A stretch of DNA of 41,826 nucleotides, from positions 1 through 41,826 of the forward strand of contig CAZPQW010000027.1 in the NCBI GenBank assembly GCA_964588985.1. Direction: 5' to 3'. Shown piece after piece: positions 37,181 to 41,826 of this stretch. Made by a program: the position numbers and the translations under genes. Position 1 is the first letter of the stretch. Every line of letters begins with the position of its first letter. A model generated the notes under the pieces. That model had not been told where the DNA came from. It saw only the letters and a program-made list of their open reading frames with translations, and did not search any database. The DNA is from an uncultured Solirubrobacteraceae bacterium (GTDB lineage: Bacteria; Actinomycetota; Thermoleophilia; Solirubrobacterales; Solirubrobacteraceae).

Positions 37181-38446
37181 TCAGGAGTAGGGGATCGGCA
37201 CGAGCACGCGGATCGTGAGCGGCCCCGACGGGAACGCTCGGGCGTGGACGGTGAACACGTGGAAGGTGCTGCCGCGATATTGGTAGAGGCCGTTGGCGGG
37301 CACCGCTCCCGGTTCCGGGCCGAGGCTGTTCTTGACGAGCGTGAGGTGGGCGGGGTTCATGTACATCAGCACCCGCAGGTCGGCGAGGCGGCCGGCGAGT
37401 CGCTTATAGCCCTCGTCGTCCTGGATCGAGAGCTCGACGCGCCCGATCCTGTGCCCGCCCAGGCGCAGCGGTGCGGTTACCGGGGCAAGGACGTAGGGGC
37501 CGCCGACATCCGCGAGCAGCCGCCCGCCGGCGCTGACCCGCATCCGCACGACGTGCTGATGGAGCAGGACGTGGATCGCGGCTTCGGTGGCGACTGGGTC
37601 GCGACGCGCGACCGCTTCCAGCAGAGGGCGGTTGGCCTGGACGCGCTTGATCTGTTCCTCGCGGCGCGCGCCGGACTCGGCGGCGTAGATCAGGTTCGCG
37701 ACGCGGTGCAGGGTGTTGACGAGCGTGTCTTCGCTCGTGCGCCCGCACAGCGCGGTGGTGGAGGGGATCGTCCTGAGCACGTAGACGCGAAGCGGGCCCG
37801 ATGGAAACGACTCGGCGGGAAACGAGGTGAAGCGGTAGGAGACGCGGCCGCGCACGATCGTGCCTTCGCTCGGCAGCGAACCGGCTGGGAGCCCGAGCGA
37901 TCCGCCGACGCTGCGTTCACCCGCGCGCAGCGAGACCTGGCCTTCGGTGACTCCACGAGCCTCGTCGAGAAAGCCTCGGTCGGCCCACACGCTGGTGGTG
38001 TAGGTGGCGATCGGCGCTCCGCCCGCGCCCGTGAGCGTGCCCTGCAGCGGCGCAATCGCGGCTCCACCGACATCCGCGAGCGTCCGGCCGGCGCGCACGA
38101 TGCGAAGGTTCGTCATGTGTCCGCTCTTCAGCAGCGCGTGTGCCGCAACTGCGACGGCGGGCGCGGCGCCCCGTTCCACCGCTTCACGCAGTGCCACAGA
38201 GGACTCGATCAGGTGCTTCGCCGTGCGGGTCCTTTCGCTGGAGACGCCCTCGCGGTAGACGCGTTCGAGCACATGACCGACGGTCTGCAGGACCGTGGTC
38301 GGGCAGTCGAGGTTCGCGAGCGCGGTGTCCGCGTGTGCGCTTGGTCCGCCCTTGGTGCTCGTCCCGCATCCGACGAGCGCGGCCGCGAGGAGCAGCGCTA
38401 TGCACGCGCGCGTAGCTGAGAAGTGCGCTCGCACGAGCAGAACCAT
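37181..38446 (-). CDS. Hypothetical lipoprotein with internal tandem duplication
   Basis: Lipobox LVGC; two homologous halves sharing LxEAV..., GRxLADVGG and FPSGPL motifs. Start uncertain. Confidence 0.75.
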   Translation of the reverse strand: MVLLVRAHFSATRACIALLLAAALVGCGTSTKGGPSAHADTALANLDCPTTVLQTVGHVLERVYREGVSSERTRTAKHLIESSVALREAVERGAAPAVAVAAHALLKSGHMTNLRIVRAGRTLADVGGAAIAPLQGTLTGAGGAPIATYTTSVWADRGFLDEARGVTEGQVSLRAGERSVGGSLGLPAGSLPSEGTIVRGRVSYRFTSFPAESFPSGPLRVYVLRTIPSTTALCGRTSEDTLVNTLHRVANLIYAAESGARREEQIKRVQANRPLLEAVARRDPVATEAAIHVLLHQHVVRMRVSAGGRLLADVGGPYVLAPVTAPLRLGGHRIGRVELSIQDDEGYKRLAGRLADLRVLMYMNPAHLTLVKNSLGPEPGAVPANGLYQYRGSTFHVFTVHARAFPSGPLTIRVLVPIPYS

Positions 38447-38521
38447 CCCGGCAGATCCTAAGCGGGCGCTAATTGCACCGTGAGACTCCTCATACCCGCA
38501 CGGTTTCAGTAACGTGACATC

Positions 38522-39364
38522 GTGCCCGTCGCGCTGATCACCGGCGCGTCCACCGGAATCGGACGCGCGACCACGCTGCGCCTCGCGGCCGCTGGCTGGA
38601 CGGTGTTCGCCGGGGTACGCGACCCCGCGGCGGGGGAGAGTCTCGTGAAGGACGCGGGCGGCGGGCGGGTGATCGCGTTGAGCTTGGACGTGACCGATGC
38701 GGCTCAGATCGAGCAGGCGCGCGAGCGCCTCGATCGGGAGGCGGGCGCCGCCGGGCTCGACGCGCTCGTCAACAACGCGGGCATCGGCGGCGTCGCATGG
38801 CCGTTGGAGCTCGTCTCCGAGGAGGATCTGCGCAGGCAGTTCGAGGTGAACGTGTTCGGGCAGGTCGCGATCACGCGTGCGCTGCTCCCGGCGCTGCGCA
38901 GGGCGCACGGTCGACTCGTGCTCATGTCGTCGATCGGCGGGCGAGTGGCAATGGCTTTCAGCGCTCCGTACGCGGCCTCCAAGCACGCCCTGGAGGCGGT
39001 CGGCGACACGTTGCGTGTCGAGCTGCGCACCTCGGGTGTGCAGGTCGCGCTGATCGAGCCCGGGTCCGTTGCGACTCCTATCTGGGACAAGACGCGCGCG
39101 GAGTCGGACAAGCTCTCCATACCGACCGAGCTTCAGCAGCAGTACGGACAAGTGCCTGCGGCGATGGACAGGGCGCTCCTCAAAACCGGAAAGCGCGGCG
39201 TGCCCCCCGAGCAGGTCGCCGAGACGATCCATCGCGCTCTCACGGCTCGACGGATGAGGGCCCGCTACGTGGTCGGACGCGACGCGAAAGCGATGCTCCT
39301 GGCGAAGAGCGTGCTACCGGATCACTGGTTCGACGCCATGGCGCGTCGGGCCCTCGGGGTCTGA
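38522..39364 (+). CDS. Short-chain dehydrogenase/reductase
   Basis: TGASTGIG, LDVTD, VNNAG, YAASKHA, IEPG. Confidence 0.94.
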   Translation: MPVALITGASTGIGRATTLRLAAAGWTVFAGVRDPAAGESLVKDAGGGRVIALSLDVTDAAQIEQARERLDREAGAAGLDALVNNAGIGGVAWPLELVSEEDLRRQFEVNVFGQVAITRALLPALRRAHGRLVLMSSIGGRVAMAFSAPYAASKHALEAVGDTLRVELRTSGVQVALIEPGSVATPIWDKTRAESDKLSIPTELQQQYGQVPAAMDRALLKTGKRGVPPEQVAETIHRALTARRMRARYVVGRDAKAMLLAKSVLPDHWFDAMARRALGV

Positions 39365-39378
39365 ATCGCGAACGGGTC

Positions 39379-40506
39379 TCAGCCGGCCTGCGGTGGGGGA
39401 TAAACCGCCAGCCACGCGAACACGCTCGTGGTGGCGGCCTGCGTCTGCAGCATCCCGGGCTGCGCGTTCGCACGCGACAGCGTCCCTCCGCCCCAGGAGC
39501 GCAGGTATAGACCTTCGCCGTTGAGCGCGTGTGTCTGGGCGCCGCGCGCGTTGTCCGCCGCGAGCGAGTACAGCGTGGGATCGCCGTCGAGGCCGTACAG
39601 CGCAAGCATCCACTGCAGGTAGATCGCGTCGTACTGGGGCGAGAAGTTCAGCAGGTGGCCGAAGCGGGCCAGGGCCCGCGCCTTCAGTCGCTCGGCGAGC
39701 GCACATTCGCCAGCGGCGCCGGTGAGGCGGCAGAGCGTCGCCTGTGCGTAGATGAGCGGCCCCTCGATGTAGTCGACGGGGGTCGCGTTGAGGCTGCTGC
39801 CGGCATACAGCCCGTCGGTGAGACTGAAGCCGGGGCCGTTGGCGTATTGGAGAAACCGGCGGGCCTGGGCGAGGTCGAAGCTTGACCCGGTGAGCTGGTA
39901 GAGCAGCGTCGCCAGCAGCGTGTCCGCCGCGAGAGCGGGTCCGGACTTGTAGGGGTGGTTGGTGTTCCACCAGATCCCGCCCCCGCTTTGGTCCCAGCCT
40001 GCGCGGGCGATGTAGGCGAGCGCACGCTGCGCGTCGGTGAGGTAGCGGCGGTTGCCGGTGGCGCGAAACGCGTCGACGAAGCCGAGTCCCCACCAGCCGT
40101 TGTCGTCGAACCACGTCTGCGTGTTCGCTTCGCGGTCGCCCGGGTAGGGCGAGTAGCCGGGCACGGGGCGCAGGCCGCGGTTCAGGTAGCGCTCCGCTCC
40201 GGTGGCGAAGCGCGCGACAGCGCGTCGATTGGAGGCCGTTGGAGAGGCGATCGCGATCGCGTCGAGCGACTGGAACAGCGGCGCGATGTCCCAGATCGTC
40301 GCGAGCGGATAGCGAGCGCGGTCGTTCAGCCGCGCGTCATACCAGCCGAGTCGCCGGTCGTGCCAGTGACGCTGCGCCTGCGCGACGCCCGCCTGGGCGA
40401 GTGTGAGGTAGCGCTGCTGGATGGGGCTGAGCGCGGCCACCCGTGCCGAGCCGGCGACGGACGACCCCAGTGCGAGCACCGATAGTGCCAGGGCGAGCTT
40501 GGGCAT
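39379..40506 (-). CDS. Secreted glycoside hydrolase family 76-like protein
   Basis: Signal peptide; WFDDNGWWG catalytic DD motif; GGGIWW. Confidence 0.8.
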   Translation of the reverse strand: MPKLALALSVLALGSSVAGSARVAALSPIQQRYLTLAQAGVAQAQRHWHDRRLGWYDARLNDRARYPLATIWDIAPLFQSLDAIAIASPTASNRRAVARFATGAERYLNRGLRPVPGYSPYPGDREANTQTWFDDNGWWGLGFVDAFRATGNRRYLTDAQRALAYIARAGWDQSGGGIWWNTNHPYKSGPALAADTLLATLLYQLTGSSFDLAQARRFLQYANGPGFSLTDGLYAGSSLNATPVDYIEGPLIYAQATLCRLTGAAGECALAERLKARALARFGHLLNFSPQYDAIYLQWMLALYGLDGDPTLYSLAADNARGAQTHALNGEGLYLRSWGGGTLSRANAQPGMLQTQAATTSVFAWLAVYPPPQAG

Positions 40507-40528
40507 TGGGTACGTTGTATCGGTCGCC

Positions 40529-41455
40529 ATGAGCACTACCCAAAGACACGTCCCCTTTGCGCAGCCGCCTGTTCCTCCCTCCGAACGGGGCGCGTGGCTG
40601 CTCGCGTGCTCGATCGCCGCGATCGGCGTGGCGGTGCTGGTGGCGGTTCTGAGCGGCGCCGTCGGGCAGACCCACACAACCGCCCCGCCCCAGGTGAAGA
40701 TCGTGGCCGCCACTCCGACACCCGGATCGGCACCTGCGTTACGCCGGGCGGCGAGCGCGCCCGCGCCGATCCTCGCGCAGCCGTCCGTGGCGCAGCAGAC
40801 CACCGACGCGAGGCGCTTCGTGGACGCGACCCAGACGCACATCCAGAGGCGCTGGATGGAAGGCTTCTACCCGATCTACGAAGCGGCGCAGATCACGTTC
40901 GGCGTGAACTGGCTGCTGATCGCGTCGATCCACATGCAGGAGAGCGCGTTCTCGACCGCGCCGAGCACCTACCACGGCCTGAACTTCGCGCACTGCTGCG
41001 GCGGGCCGATGCAGTTCAACGTGACGAATGGTCCGGTCACCACGTGGGCGCTCGTGGCGAACTCCTACACGTACGCGAAACGTCCCGCGTCGTATGACCA
41101 CATGACCGCGAAGCATCCGTCGATCTACGACGACTTCGACGCGATCACCGCGGCGGCGCACCTGCTCTCGGCGGACGGTGCGGGCTACGCGCTGGACGAC
41201 TCGGCGTGGATCGCCGCGTATGACTACTACGGCCACGACGCGACCGGCGTCACCTACGCCGACGAGGTGCTCGCGCGCGCGATCAGCTGGTCACAGCACG
41301 GCTTCTGCATCAACTGCGGCGTGCAGCCCGCGATGGTCGAAGCGGTCCACGCGGCATATGGCGCCCCGGTGCTGGCGGCGCTCGAAGAAGCCGAAGCTGC
41401 GCCCGCGGCCGTCCGTGCGAAGACGGCCGCGAGACGCGCTACGGGTAAACGCTAG
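40529..41455 (+). CDS. Membrane-anchored lytic transglycosylase / lysozyme-like protein
   Basis: N-terminal TM helix; YEAAQITFGVNWLLIASIHMQES (catalytic Glu), GPMQF...TW, DAITAAAHLL. Confidence 0.8.
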   Translation: MSTTQRHVPFAQPPVPPSERGAWLLACSIAAIGVAVLVAVLSGAVGQTHTTAPPQVKIVAATPTPGSAPALRRAASAPAPILAQPSVAQQTTDARRFVDATQTHIQRRWMEGFYPIYEAAQITFGVNWLLIASIHMQESAFSTAPSTYHGLNFAHCCGGPMQFNVTNGPVTTWALVANSYTYAKRPASYDHMTAKHPSIYDDFDAITAAAHLLSADGAGYALDDSAWIAAYDYYGHDATGVTYADEVLARAISWSQHGFCINCGVQPAMVEAVHAAYGAPVLAALEEAEAAPAAVRAKTAARRATGKR

Positions 41456-41826
41456 GCGGCGTCCGCCTGTGCGATCAGCTCGCCGGCCACCCGGTCGGTG
41501 GCTTTGGCGGTGCCGCCGAGCAGCCGTCGCGAGAGCTGCGCGCGACGGAAGTACAGCGGCGCGTCGTGCTCCCACGTGGCGCCGATGCCGCCGTGCACGG
41601 AGATCATCGTGCGCGCCGCGGTGTCGAGCGCACGCCCCGCGACCGAGCGCACGGCGCTCGCCGCGAGCGGGAACTCGCTCGGCGATCCTCCGCGGGCCCA
41701 GCCGGCGTAGTAGAGCAGCGAGCGGCCGTTCTCCAGCTGGCGCAGCACCTCGGTGAGAGAGTGCTTGACCGCCTGGTAGGAGCCGATCGCACGCCCGAAC
41801 GTGAAGCGCTCCTTGGCGTAGGCGAC
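41452..41826 (-). CDS. Acyl-CoA dehydrogenase family protein (C-terminal part; runs off the window)
   Basis: YAKERFTFGRAIGSYQAVKH...VHGGIGATWEHDAPLYFRRA. Confidence 0.9.
   Translation of the reverse strand, partial: VAYAKERFTFGRAIGSYQAVKHSLTEVLRQLENGRSLLYYAGWARGGSPSEFPLAASAVRSVAGRALDTAARTMISVHGGIGATWEHDAPLYFRRAQLSRRLLGGTAKATDRVAGELIAQADAA

Noticed and set aside
38447-39232. N-terminal extension of the 683-aa ORF
   Set aside because: Antisense to the SDR gene; the real protein appears to start near 38446 with a lipoprotein signal.

Overview
High-GC actinobacterial chromosomal segment. The gene style suggests Thermoleophilia/Solirubrobacterales, which is an inference. Positions 1-4022 are the tRNA-proximal end of a probable decayed integrative island at the 3' end of a minus-strand tRNA-Ala(UGC). 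It carries a tyrosine-integrase C-terminal remnant, a superinfection-immunity-like membrane protein, a HEPN-like protein and other orphans. The rest is mostly ordinary metabolic and secreted-protein genes: VOC/AraC, SGNH hydrolase, xth, CSLREA-type protein, GGDEF, phosphoesterase, aldose epimerase, GMC oxidoreductase, MBL, SDRs, beta-carbonic anhydrase, a hydantoinase/oxoprolinase A/B plus peptide-type ABC transporter cluster, tkt-tal, a RES-Xre toxin-antitoxin pair, GH76 and a lytic transglycosylase. The most unusual locus is 31244-32045. It holds a 96-nt tRNA with a UUC (Glu) anticodon on an Arg/Lys-like body and a C(UUCG)G hairpin inserted in its D-loop. Divergent from it are a palindromic operator/promoter, about 300 nt of stacked hairpins and a 65-aa His/Arg/Cys-rich small ORF. 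All calls were made by eye from motifs; no database searches were run.
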